Source: a bacterium (GTDB lineage: Bacteria > Zhuqueibacterota > Zhuqueibacteria > Oceanimicrobiales > Oceanimicrobiaceae). Taken from it: a stretch of DNA of 17,897 nt. The notes beneath the pieces are model-generated. The model searched no databases, had not been told where the DNA came from, and was given only the letters and a program-made list of their open reading frames with translations. A program made the position numbers and the translations under genes. Shown piece by piece: positions 1 through 8,423 of this stretch; positions within the stretch are counted from its first letter, which is position 1, and each line of letters opens with the position of its first letter. The stretch is taken from positions 1 to 17,897 of the forward strand of contig JBHHXT010000096.1 of NCBI GenBank assembly GCA_046757165.1, read 5' to 3'.

Positions 1-557
1 GCGGTGGCGCCGCCAAAGGACCAGCCGAGCACGCCGACTTTTTCCATATCCAACTCACGGTAGGGCTCGGGCCGGCTGCCAGGCGCCGGCGTAGCCGGAT
101 ACCAAACCTGCACCGTCACTTCGCGAAAATCATCAGGATGCGGAGAAAATGTTTCCGGCCTGCTTTCATCGACAAAGCGGAACATCTTCATTCCAATTTG
201 GTAGGGGCCGCCCGGGTCGGGCATTTCGAACACGGGAAACAGATAGGGCAGGGGCGATGCAACAAGTAGAAGCAGGAGAGCAGATAAGGCCCCGGTGAGT
301 CGCCAGGCCTTTCGATCCCGGATTGCACCATCCCGCTGGCGAAATTGCTTGAGAGCAAGCACGGCGAAAATCATCGCCAAAAAGTAAAACGGCGCCATCT
401 GCCACCGGCTGCCCTCGAAAATGAGATGCAACAGCACAAGCCCGGATGGCGCCAGCAGCGCAGCACGAAGCCAACCGGGCCCACGGTCAGGACGCCGAAA
501 AAGGAATGCGGTCGATGCAAGAAGAGACAGTATGGTAAGAATTTCTAAGATACGCAT
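1..557 (-). CDS. Membrane-anchored alpha/beta hydrolase (PAF-acetylhydrolase-like carboxylesterase); runs off the left edge, probably internally deleted
   Basis: Not in the ORF track; translated by hand. ATG at 557 follows AAAGGAG. MRILEILTILSLL...HLIFEGSRWQMAPFY (TM segments)...FPVFEMPDPGGPYQIG...DESRPE...REVTVQVWYPA...LDMEKVGVLGWSFGGAT (G-x-S-x-G nucleophile elbow). Open to position 1. Confidence 0.85.
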   Translation of the reverse strand, partial: MRILEILTILSLLASTAFLFRRPDRGPGWLRAALLAPSGLVLLHLIFEGSRWQMAPFYFLAMIFAVLALKQFRQRDGAIRDRKAWRLTGALSALLLLLVASPLPYLFPVFEMPDPGGPYQIGMKMFRFVDESRPETFSPHPDDFREVTVQVWYPATPAPGSRPEPYRELDMEKVGVLGWSFGGAT

Positions 558-620
558 GATTCACTCCTTTCATCGCCCCTTCTTTCCAGTCGTCAAAGGG
601 CTTTTCAAAAAACCAACGAT

Positions 621-640
621 TATCTGCGTTTATCAGCGTC
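621..640. repeat. Short 10-mer tandem repeat TATCTGCGTT/TATCAGCGTC
   Basis: Two adjacent 10-mers, 8/10 identical, intergenic. Resembles ATCTGCGTTT-type dispersed repeats (from recall). Confidence 0.4.
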
Positions 641-673
641 CAAGATTCTACTTGGTGAACTGTTAGGAGATTG

Positions 674-703
674 GGATGCTCGGTCAGACACGAACGAGCA
701 TCC
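674..703. repeat. Intergenic hairpin
   Basis: GGATGCTCG (674-682) / CGAGCATCC (695-703) is a perfect 9-bp inverted repeat just 3' of the 725..1450 gene. No U-tract. Confidence 0.55.
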
Positions 704-724
704 ATGTGGTTAACTTCTTGAACA

Positions 725-1450
725 TTAATTCGCACCCTCTCGCCTCGGCTTGCTGGTATCGAGCACAGCGCCTTCGGGCATTTTCAGGCGGCTTTCGTCG
801 AACTCGACATTGGCCTGCCAGTTGTAGAATTTGCCATCGGCGAGCTTAGCGGAGTTGGCAAAATAGGTGGTGAATTCCCCCGGCATTTTCAGCCCGGCCA
901 TTTCTTCATAATTCTTGATCACGAAGTGCTGCTGCATCGCGTCCATGCCGGGGCGAAGGATGGCGGCATAGGTTTGATTGATCAGGCAACCTTTCAGCAA
1001 ATACGTGTCTGGATCGATGTACAGCAAATAGTAATCGTCCCAGGTGATGCCGACGCCTTTGTCGAAAGACATTTTGATGGTCATGTAAAGACCAATTGTC
1101 GCAACAAACTTTGCGGGAAAAGGTAGTTTAAAATCTTTGGTCCACCCCTTTTCACCATCCCAAACGACATGCTGCTTGCCCCACCAAACTTCGTAGACCC
1201 GCCATCCTTTCAAATCCGCTGTAATGTTGAATTCCCAGTCATGCCCAGCGGGCTGACCAGCGCGTCGTTGCCACCGGTCAACATACAGCGTCTTGACTTT
1301 TTCCCACGCGTCCATGCCGCCGTGGGCGTCAATCATTTTTGCGATAATTTCAGATGATTCACGGTTGGCGTATTTCTCTGCCGGCAAAGCCGGGCCTGTT
1401 AAAAGAAACAGGACCAGCGTTGCGATTATGCTCAATTTCAAGGACTTCAT
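725..1450 (-). CDS. Secreted hypothetical protein (DUF6503-like), possibly with an in-frame internal deletion
   Basis: Signal peptide MKSLKLSIIATLVLFLLTGPALPA; motifs IDAHGGMDAW, WDGEKGW, SFDKGVGITWDDYYLLYIDPDT. GGAGGG RBS. Confidence 0.8.
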   Translation of the reverse strand: MKSLKLSIIATLVLFLLTGPALPAEKYANRESSEIIAKMIDAHGGMDAWEKVKTLYVDRWQRRAGQPAGHDWEFNITADLKGWRVYEVWWGKQHVVWDGEKGWTKDFKLPFPAKFVATIGLYMTIKMSFDKGVGITWDDYYLLYIDPDTYLLKGCLINQTYAAILRPGMDAMQQHFVIKNYEEMAGLKMPGEFTTYFANSAKLADGKFYNWQANVEFDESRLKMPEGAVLDTSKPRREGAN

Positions 1451-1516
1451 TTTGGTCCCTCCATTTAATTGTTATACACAGCCCAGGTTATTGGTTGTGA
1501 CAGACGACTACTCCGC

Positions 1517-2248
1517 CTATCGGTTGATATATTCTTCCATTTGTGCGATAAGCGTCGCATACGCTTTCGCTATCTCCCCACGTTCTTTCTCTCCAACCGG
1601 AAAAATGATGTTGCCGTGGGGTTTACCGAACTCACCAGCGCCCTGAACCCAGGGCAGGTATCCGGAAAGCTCATGCCGGGAGCCCAGATCTTTATCTGTC
1701 AGATAGGAACCCCCGATCATGATATGCGGGATAAACCGGAAGATACCGCCACGACCATCCGGTACTGCCAGAATCGGCGACAGCATGTAAGAAATGGCCA
1801 CACCCTGCATCGGCTTGTACTTGCCGAGGCGAAACCCTTCGGCTATGCGGCCCCGAATCTCGTCTTTGTCCAGCCCTTCTTCGATGTAGCTGGCCGTGTC
1901 GAGAAACTTCTGCAACAGCGCGTTGGCGTAACTCCGGTCATAGCAGACCGGTACAAAGATGCGCTGGTCGAGAATAAGTTCATCTCTCAGCACGTTGCGA
2001 AGAACGATGCAGGTGAAGCCGTTGCTGCCTTCCTGCGCTTTCACATACCCCCCGCGTTGCAGCACGTAAACCGTCGCCTCTGCGCGCAAGTGCGCCGGCG
2101 CGGCGCTCAACGCCAGCTCCATTTCCAGATCACGTGGCAATAAGTCGGGAAGATAGGCGGAGGAATCTTTGTCGCCGGTCATCGGAAAACTGACTGACGT
2201 GACCGTAAGCAAGGCCACGCACACCAGTAGGTAGCGTATGTAGTTCAT
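1517..2248 (-). CDS. Secreted conserved hypothetical protein
   Basis: Signal peptide; conserved-looking motif EMELALSAAPAHLRAEATVYVL...GSNGFTC...YMLS...PHIM. AAGGAG RBS. Confidence 0.85.
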   Translation of the reverse strand: MNYIRYLLVCVALLTVTSVSFPMTGDKDSSAYLPDLLPRDLEMELALSAAPAHLRAEATVYVLQRGGYVKAQEGSNGFTCIVLRNVLRDELILDQRIFVPVCYDRSYANALLQKFLDTASYIEEGLDKDEIRGRIAEGFRLGKYKPMQGVAISYMLSPILAVPDGRGGIFRFIPHIMIGGSYLTDKDLGSRHELSGYLPWVQGAGEFGKPHGNIIFPVGEKERGEIAKAYATLIAQMEEYINR

Positions 2249-2410
2249 AGTAACTCCTTGTGTAATTAGTAGGTTAATTGATTAACATTTCTCGCCTGGT
2301 TCCCTCCGTCTGAGGAAGCCGGTTTGCGTGTGCAATCTCCTCCAAACACAAAGCGCGCGGAGGCAGGTTCAAATCGCGTTCAGCGCGTTGAACTGGGGCT
2401 GGCCACGTAT

Positions 2411-2470
2411 ACCCACCCCTGATTCAAACTCTAAACGAGTTTGAATCTGTCCCCTCCCGGGAGGGGATTT
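2411..2470. repeat. REP-like palindromic element with an inner hairpin
   Basis: ACCCACCCCT, then GATTCAAACTC-TAAAC-GAGTTTGAATC (11-bp stem, 2421-2447), then the perfect 18-bp palindrome TCCCCTCCCGGGAGGGGA (2450-2467). Confidence 0.7.
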
Positions 2471-2657
2471 TAGTAAGTTTTGTAAAATGAAGTAATTACT
2501 TGCCATTTTATGAAGTCACAGATATAGGTTGCGACTTAATAGTTGACCAGTCAGATAAGAAACTAACAAAGAACTCCGGTCGCGAGAACAAACCTCGAGT
2601 CTATGGCTTGCCGAAAAATGAACCCTTGCCGGCTGCTCTTGGTTCAGACCTACTTAT

Positions 2658-2735
2658 TCAAAGCGATTCGCGCATAGAAGCCATCGCCATTCGTTTGCGA
2701 TCACTTTGACGCGCGTATTTTTCGAGGTCGTTCAT
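2658..2735 (-). CDS. 25-aa small ORF or 5' gene remnant (MNDLEKYARQSDRKRMAMASMRESL)
   Basis: Strong AAAAGGAG RBS 7 nt before the ATG at 2735; TGA at 2660-2658; co-oriented with its neighbours. Confidence 0.35.
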   Translation of the reverse strand: MNDLEKYARQSDRKRMAMASMRESL

Positions 2736-2827
2736 TGCAAAACTCCTTTTATGATTGTCTGTTTTGCTCAGTGGCTTATTTCCCTGGCATGTTTACCCAC
2801 ACAAGACTCGCTATAGCCACTTTCTTG

Positions 2828-3415
2828 TCATTCCTTTTGCAGCACCAAATGGTGATGCACAGATAGACACCGAACAAGCTTTTCATAGAACACCTGGCTC
2901 AACCCGCAACGCTGCATCTCCGTTTTGACTTCTCCTAAGGTGTAGAGTCCATAACGCTTGCCCCACGGCTGCAAGACTTTTTTGATGAATGCCGGCAGAG
3001 CCAGATCCAACCAGATCACGTATCCGCCCTCTCGCAGCACCCTGGTGATTTCCCGAACAACCTGTTGCCAGGCTGTTATATGGTGAAACACGTGTTGAGA
3101 AATCACCAGGTCGAAGCTGCCATCTTCAAAATCAAGCTGCGAGGCATCCTGCGCCTGAAATCGCAGCAGTTCGCGCTCGCCATGAAGGCGGCGAGCGCTG
3201 TCAATTTGGGCAGGATCGAAATCCGTTCCAATCACCTTCAGCCTGACTTCGCTGGCGAGATAAGCAGAAACATATCCGACGCCACAGCCAAGTTCGAGAA
3301 CGTTGTGGATTCGCCTGAGATCCAAATCGTCAAGACGTCTCCGGAGCAAATCAATATTGAACCGGGCTTTGCTCCTCCGGTTCACCAAACGCTTTTCCAA
3401 CCGGGTCATTTCCAT
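2828..3415 (-). CDS. Class I SAM-dependent methyltransferase
   Basis: Motif I VLELGCGVG, GTDFD, DASQLDFEDGSFDLV, VLREGG. Overlaps the desaturase stop by 10 bp; GGAGG RBS. Confidence 0.92.
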   Translation of the reverse strand: MEMTRLEKRLVNRRSKARFNIDLLRRRLDDLDLRRIHNVLELGCGVGYVSAYLASEVRLKVIGTDFDPAQIDSARRLHGERELLRFQAQDASQLDFEDGSFDLVISQHVFHHITAWQQVVREITRVLREGGYVIWLDLALPAFIKKVLQPWGKRYGLYTLGEVKTEMQRCGLSQVFYEKLVRCLSVHHHLVLQKE

Positions 3416-4284
3416 GCGCCACCTCCTTGCCGAACCTCGCTATCCCGATGCCCTGCCACTGCTTTCGCAGGTTGCGCCCGCAGTTGTCCCCTAAATGGCG
3501 AGCCGAGCAGCCACAAGAAGCGATTCGCCCGTCTGTCGCGCACCTCTTCGAGGCCCAATTCCATGGTTTCGTGCGGCGCCCGGGTGTCGGTGCGGAACGT
3601 ACCGAAGAGGATATCCCAGATCGGGAAGACCGCGCTGTAGTTGCTGTCGGTCTCCGGCTGCCAGGACGAGTGATGCACCCGGTGCAGGTCCGGCGTGACG
3701 ATGACATAGCGCAGCGCCCGGTCAAGACCGGCCGGCAGGCGGATATTCGCGTGTGAAAACAAGGTAACCCCGGCGTCGAACACTTCATACAGCAGCAGCA
3801 CCCAGGGCGACAGGCCGAAAATGACCACTACCGGAACGCCAAGGGGCAGCGCTGCCAAAAATTCGAGCGGGTGAAAGCGCACCGTGGTCGAGACGTCCAG
3901 CTCCGTGTCGAGATGATGCACCCGGTGCAAGCGCCAGAGCATCGGCACTTTGTGCATCAAATAATGCGTAAAGAACGAGATGAACCCACGAACGAGCAAA
4001 GTGCCAATCACCAGCGCAGGAATCGGCGTCGAGAAGGCGTTGAACAACCCGTAGCCCTGCGCTTGCGCCCAAACCGCCACGCCGAAAAAAGTCACGGGCA
4101 GCATCCCCATAACGACGATGTTGAGCGCAGTCATGAGATAGTTGGTCAGCCAGCGCTCTTTGCGATGCATGGGGCCGGGGCGCTTTGGCCCGAAGACTTC
4201 GGCCAGACTGAACAGAAAGAGCAACGTGAAAAACAACACCACTTGCAGATCGTTGGCGTTTTGGCTAATCCATTTGTCAAACAT
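3406..4284 (-). CDS. Sterol desaturase / fatty-acid hydroxylase family membrane di-iron enzyme
   Basis: His boxes HYLMH, HRVHH, HANI, HRVHH; RFHPLE; NYSAVFPIWDILFGT. Start moved to ATG 4284 (AAGGAGGG RBS). Confidence 0.93.
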   Translation of the reverse strand: MFDKWISQNANDLQVVLFFTLLFLFSLAEVFGPKRPGPMHRKERWLTNYLMTALNIVVMGMLPVTFFGVAVWAQAQGYGLFNAFSTPIPALVIGTLLVRGFISFFTHYLMHKVPMLWRLHRVHHLDTELDVSTTVRFHPLEFLAALPLGVPVVVIFGLSPWVLLLYEVFDAGVTLFSHANIRLPAGLDRALRYVIVTPDLHRVHHSSWQPETDSNYSAVFPIWDILFGTFRTDTRAPHETMELGLEEVRDRRANRFLWLLGSPFRGQLRAQPAKAVAGHRDSEVRQGGGAWK

Positions 4285-4362
4285 GATAACCCTCCTTTTC
4301 AGGTGAAGACGAGCAGCAGACTTTGATTTAAAGATGTGGAAGCTCGTCGACCATCTACAAGA

Positions 4363-4427
4363 AGGATACGCCAAAGAGTATCTTGGGATTTGACCGCTTG
4401 CGCCAAAGATGTTGTCTATTTCTGCCA
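4363..4427 (-). promoter_or_regulatory. Putative AraC tandem binding boxes and -10 element of the desaturase promoter
   Basis: Direct repeat TGGCAGAAATAGACAA (4427-4412) / TGGCGCAAGCGGTCAA (4405-4390), 22-bp period; TATCCT at 4368-4363. Confidence 0.5.
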
Positions 4428-4446
4428 GTGTCATCAGTCTTAAATT

Positions 4447-5496
4447 CTATTCGTGGTCATCCTGATCTGTTTTGTTTGCAGCAACGCCAAACGCATCTGT
4501 CCGAAACTCCGCCGGCGCTTTCCCGGTCCAGCGTTTGAACGCCCTCGAAAACGAACTGATCTCCGCAAATCCGAGCAGGAAGCCGACTTCGGCGACGCTG
4601 CACCGTGGGTTGGCCAGGAGAACTGTCGCACGTTCCTGCCGCAGTTGATCGAGTAGCTCGCGAAAACTCGTGCCTTCGCTTTGCAGGCCGCGATGCAGGG
4701 TCCGTACGCTTGAATGCAGCGCTCGCGCCGCCGCGGAAACCGATGGCGTACCGCCGCTGAGTTCCTCGCTGAGCCAGGCGCGCACACGCTCGGCAAGAGT
4801 CGGTTGCCGTGGGAATTTCTCGAGAAGTCCATCTGCATACTTGTCGAGTAAGCCGAGCAAATTCGCGTCAGGGCGCGGGTTGGGCAGGTCGAGAATCCGG
4901 TTGGGAATGTGCATGGCCGTGCGTCCGGTGGAGAATTGCACCGGCGCCCGGAACACCCGGGCATGTTCGCTTGTGTCTTTTGGCGCGGCGTGCGCAAAAC
5001 AGACCAGAGCAGGCGCCCAGGCGTCGCCGGTGACCAGGCGTCCGAAACGCACCCACAAGGTCGCCAGAAACTCGGCCGGATGGCGCGGCACGGGTCGTCC
5101 ACCGGGCAAGGAGTGTTGCAGCACGCCTTCGCTGGCACCCTCCTCGAGCGTCAGATCTGTCGCGTCGTGAATCAAGCGCTGGTAGCGGCAGGCGCGTTGG
5201 TAGGCATCACGTAGCGTTGGACTGGAGAGCAGGGCATAAGAATGCACCTCGAACGCGCGGATCGGTGCTGCTTCTGCCAGGTGAATTCCAAGACAGTCGT
5301 CGCCTGTGACAGCGCAGGCATGTTGCCACAACAACATCATGGCGCGATGCGGTACGCGTCCGTCAGCGTCGTGGAGCACGGCGCGCGCAACTCCTGCTTC
5401 CGCCAGAAACGCCTCGACCTTGTGGCCGAGCGTCTCAAGGGCGGCAATGACCGGCTGGACGGCACGAACGGTAATGTAGGGTTCCCAATTCTTCAT
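4447..5496 (-). CDS. AraC family transcriptional regulator (OruR-like N-terminal domain)
   Basis: N-terminal LGIHLAE...YALLSSPTLRDA; C-terminal double HTH SVRTLHRGLQSEGTSFRELLDQLR...VGFLLGFAEISSFSRAFKRWTG. The track's upstream extension runs through a repeat, so ATG 5496 is preferred. Confidence 0.93.
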   Translation of the reverse strand: MKNWEPYITVRAVQPVIAALETLGHKVEAFLAEAGVARAVLHDADGRVPHRAMMLLWQHACAVTGDDCLGIHLAEAAPIRAFEVHSYALLSSPTLRDAYQRACRYQRLIHDATDLTLEEGASEGVLQHSLPGGRPVPRHPAEFLATLWVRFGRLVTGDAWAPALVCFAHAAPKDTSEHARVFRAPVQFSTGRTAMHIPNRILDLPNPRPDANLLGLLDKYADGLLEKFPRQPTLAERVRAWLSEELSGGTPSVSAAARALHSSVRTLHRGLQSEGTSFRELLDQLRQERATVLLANPRCSVAEVGFLLGFAEISSFSRAFKRWTGKAPAEFRTDAFGVAANKTDQDDHE

Positions 5497-5513
5497 GTTC
5501 CTTGAAGATAAAG

Positions 5514-5668
5514 TTCGAATATCGAATCTCGAAATCCGAAGCAAATCCGCACATCAAATGACGGAAATTCAAAGCGGCACGGTCTGTTTTTATTCTTCGG
5601 ACAGCGGAGTTTTGAGTGTTTGAAGATTTGGATTTCGATATTGTTTCGAGTTTTGTGCTTCGGATTTC
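5514..5668. repeat. Heptamer-based inverted-repeat element
   Basis: Left arm TTCGAATATCGAATCTCGAAATCCGAAGCAAATCCG; right arm TTTGGATTTCGATATTGTTTCGAG...TGCTTCGGATTTC. Perfect 13-bp IR 5531-5543/5656-5668 and 9-bp IR 5518-5526/5634-5642. Confidence 0.75.
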
Positions 5669-5707
5669 CTGTTTATCCGGGTCACAACCTCATATCCTCA
5701 ACTCCGA

Positions 5708-6178
5708 TTATTTTATGGCGCCAGCTTTTCCGGCGAGGCGGCGCAGAATAGCCGTCTGACCCAGGTGGTAGGTTTCGTGGAAATAAAGTAGGCTCAACTT
5801 TTCGCGCAGAGTTTCTTTGTCGTCCACCAATTGGTCCAACTGCTCCGGCCGCAACTGCTGCAAGCCGGCCATGACTTCTTCCTGGGATTTATCAAACGCA
5901 GTGATGATGTCGGAGAAATTCGGCGCCTGGCTGCCTCCCTTGATCGGCTCGGAATAACGTTTGTATGGCTTCGCTCTGCTCTCGTCCCAAACCCTCTCGC
6001 GCCCGAGCAAGTCCAGCGTGAGATTGCGGGTCACCACGATATGTCCTACGACCCAATTCAAGCAATTGCCTCCGGGTTGCGGCTGGCACAGACTGTCATC
6101 ATGGCTCAGTCCCTCGATGTTGCGGTGCATCACGTCCGCGTTGATGCCATAGAGTTTTTGTAGTATTTTTGTGTCCAT
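5708..6178 (-). CDS. DinB/YfiT superfamily protein
   Basis: QPQPGGNCLNWVVGHI and FHETYHLGQ His-triad pattern; ATG 6178 follows GGAGG. Confidence 0.9.
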   Translation of the reverse strand: MDTKILQKLYGINADVMHRNIEGLSHDDSLCQPQPGGNCLNWVVGHIVVTRNLTLDLLGRERVWDESRAKPYKRYSEPIKGGSQAPNFSDIITAFDKSQEEVMAGLQQLRPEQLDQLVDDKETLREKLSLLYFHETYHLGQTAILRRLAGKAGAIK

Positions 6179-6249
6179 GTGTCCTCCACGAATCGTTGTC
6201 ATCTCCAAGCACTAATGTGGTTTTGCTTTGGTATGTGGTGCTTGATATG

Positions 6250-6780
6250 TTATTTGGTTCGTCGAAACTGCGTCGCAAGCAGCATCCGCCCCCACTTGCG
6301 GTTCTCGAACTGCTCGACGGCAAAATCGTAAGTTTGGTCGTCCACACGTTGCCAGCGGTCGCGTAGTCTCACACGTTTGTCGCCGTCGCCGTATTCATAA
6401 ATCAGCGTGATGTTGGCGCCATCGATTTCCACCTCGCCTTCTGTCACGCCGCCAAAGACGTCGAATTCCCAGAACCAGAGTTTGTTCGTTACAGCATTCC
6501 AGGCGCGCACGCCATGACTGCGATGGCCGCGCTCGCCGGTCTTGGGATTGATGACGCCGAAGCTCTCTGCAATTACGATAGTCTCATTGAGCGCCCATTT
6601 GAACGCGATCTCCTGCTCGAATTTTGTGCCGTTCGACCATTCGCCCGCAGCTTGCCAGCGGCCGCCCACCAGCGGCGCGAAGGCTTGCAGGCGAGCGGTC
6701 TGTGCGCGGAGCTGTCCGGATGCGGCAGAGCAAAGGGTGAAAGTCAAAATAATCCCCAGAATAATTGGTTTCGATTCCAT
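6250..6780 (-). CDS. Secreted hypothetical protein, probably beta-rich
   Basis: Signal peptide MESKPIILGIILTFTLCSAASG; LVGGRW motif and alternating beta-strand pattern. AGGAG RBS. Confidence 0.8.
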   Translation of the reverse strand: MESKPIILGIILTFTLCSAASGQLRAQTARLQAFAPLVGGRWQAAGEWSNGTKFEQEIAFKWALNETIVIAESFGVINPKTGERGHRSHGVRAWNAVTNKLWFWEFDVFGGVTEGEVEIDGANITLIYEYGDGDKRVRLRDRWQRVDDQTYDFAVEQFENRKWGRMLLATQFRRTK

Positions 6781-6856
6781 GGTCTCGACTCCTGGGCTGG
6801 TCTTCTGAATGAAAGGCTCCTTATTGTACAAGTTGGCCGGTTTCGGATGAGAACAA

Positions 6857-7471
6857 TCATTTGTTGGGATTCGAAGCTGAGCGCAGCGTCCGCAACACCC
6901 CGCCGCTCAACTCACTGATGACGTGCGGATCGTCCCTGGTCTGCGACATCAAGAGCATCCCCTGGCTGTAAGTCACCAGCATATCTGCCATGTCTTTCGG
7001 TGACACCCTGGCGTCGACCTCGCCGCTGGCCTGTCCCGCCACCAGCGCTTTCTCGAAATACTCACGAACCTGGCCAAAAATCTCCTCTACTCGCCTGCGC
7101 ACGACCTCGTCATGGTTTCCGAGCTCGGCGCCGATGGTCCCCACCGGGCAAGCGATGGTCTGCCCGAGGGTCTGCTTTGCATCCATGCTGCTCTCGAACA
7201 GCAGATGGAAAAAGCGCTCGATACTCTGCATTGGCGACAAGCCAGATTCGAAGGCAGGGGTATACATGATGCGTTTGAGCATTTCCCAATTCTCGTCCAG
7301 GACTGCGAGCAGCAACTCTCGTTTGGTTGCAAAAAAGTAATAGAAACTCCCTTTGTTTACACCGGCAGCTTTGCAGATTTTGTCCACGCTGACAGAAACG
7401 TAGCTCTTTGTCGCAAACAGATGTTGCGCCGCTGTGATGAGCTTTTGTCGTGCCTGACTCTTGCGTGCCAT
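6857..7471 (-). CDS. TetR/AcrR family regulator (NemR/ComR-like C-terminal domain)
   Basis: HTH SVDKICKAAGVNKGSFYYFFATKREL; C-domain ACPVGTIGAELG. Confidence 0.93.
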   Translation of the reverse strand: MARKSQARQKLITAAQHLFATKSYVSVSVDKICKAAGVNKGSFYYFFATKRELLLAVLDENWEMLKRIMYTPAFESGLSPMQSIERFFHLLFESSMDAKQTLGQTIACPVGTIGAELGNHDEVVRRRVEEIFGQVREYFEKALVAGQASGEVDARVSPKDMADMLVTYSQGMLLMSQTRDDPHVISELSGGVLRTLRSASNPNK

Positions 7472-7476
7472 TTGTG

Positions 7477-7953
7477 TCAGATTTTCTTTTGTGCCAACTT
7501 CTTGTGTACTTCGTACACTTGCATTAGCGCAGCGGAGCCGTACCAGGGGTGCAGCTCCATGACCAGACTTCCCGCCTTGACCGCCGGATCGGTTGCCGTG
7601 AGTTGCCGGGCCTCCTCGATAGTCTCGACGTTGAAAATATAAATGCCGCGCAGCTTACCGTCATCCAGAAACGGCCCGGCGACGGACAGCTTGCCGGCGT
7701 CTGCTAACCGGCCGATATTGTCGAGATGTGCTCGCTGCAAACGTTCCGCTGCCTCAGCATCCAGGTTGCGGTTGGGACCGGCTTTCAGTAGCGCCATGAC
7801 GTAGCGGCGCATACCGTATTCATCAGCACCGAGTCTTGTGGCAAGCGCAGCATCATATTCGTTGGCTGAAGGCAACGAGGTATCCGGGTCCTCCGGCCCA
7901 CCCGAACAGCCAGTGACAAGAACGACGGAAAGCAGAAGCAAAATGATACGCAT
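7477..7953 (-). CDS. YciI family lipoprotein
   Basis: Lipobox LVTG-C; ADEYGMRRYVMALLKAGP, AHLDNI, AGPF, DPAVKAG motifs. Confidence 0.88.
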   Translation of the reverse strand: MRIILLLLSVVLVTGCSGGPEDPDTSLPSANEYDAALATRLGADEYGMRRYVMALLKAGPNRNLDAEAAERLQRAHLDNIGRLADAGKLSVAGPFLDDGKLRGIYIFNVETIEEARQLTATDPAVKAGSLVMELHPWYGSAALMQVYEVHKKLAQKKI

Positions 7954-7982
7954 TGAAGTTTTCTCCGTTATCTCAGGGAAGG

Positions 7983-8000
7983 GTTGACTGACCGGTCAAC
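7983..8000. promoter_or_regulatory. Palindromic TetR operator candidate
   Basis: GTTGAC-TGACCG-GTCAAC, about 30 bp upstream of the yciI-like ATG and next to a TAGTAT -10-like hexamer (8008-8003). Resembles the NemR box TAGACC-N4-GGTCTA. Confidence 0.7.
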
Positions 8001-8049
8001 TCATACTAACTAAATACATCTAACCCAGATTTTTTGTTTCAATCTTTTC

Positions 8050-8353
8050 TTAGAAAAAATCAGGACCATTCACAACATAAACAACTTTATCGCCATCCCG
8101 CTCTGAAACAAATAACAACATTGTGCCATCAGGAGACCATAAAGACAAATTCTGGATGCTCCAACTGGCTGATGTTATCGTGGTCATAAAAGTCATTTTG
8201 TGTTATCTGGCGGTAGTTTTCGCCATTTGATGTAATGGTGTAAATCTCATTTTGGTATACAAAAACCAGTTCATAATTTTGATTTTTTGCAATTTGACAA
8301 CGTGAGCATAAGTTCGCAAAAATGCAAAAAACAATGTGGATATCGCTTGACAT
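8050..8353 (-). pseudogene. TolB/PD40-repeat beta-propeller relic, frameshifted
   Basis: One frame reads ELVFVYQNEIYTITSNGENYRQITQN; a second frame reads LWSPDGTMLLFVSERDGDKVVYVVNG, ending at TAA 8052-8050. Confidence 0.7.
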
Positions 8354-8373
8354 TTACCTGGTCTATTTTTAAT
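8347..8373 (+). promoter_or_regulatory. Sigma70-like promoter for the small ORF
   Basis: Perfect TTGACA at 8347-8352; TTTAAT at 8368-8373 (15-bp spacer, suboptimal). Confidence 0.4.
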
Positions 8374-8423
8374 TACATTCCATCAAAACAAATTCCAAAA
8401 ACCAAAACTGAGAGGATTTAGTT

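Noticed and set aside
166..735. Track ORFs 166..474, 345..548, 421..666 and 487..735
   Set aside because: Alternative frames of the real hydrolase gene starting at 557, or read-through of intergenic repeats.
2362..2393. GGTTCAAATC as a tRNA T-loop
   Set aside because: No T-stem or cloverleaf around it; only a weak GTTCAA/TTGAAC hairpin.
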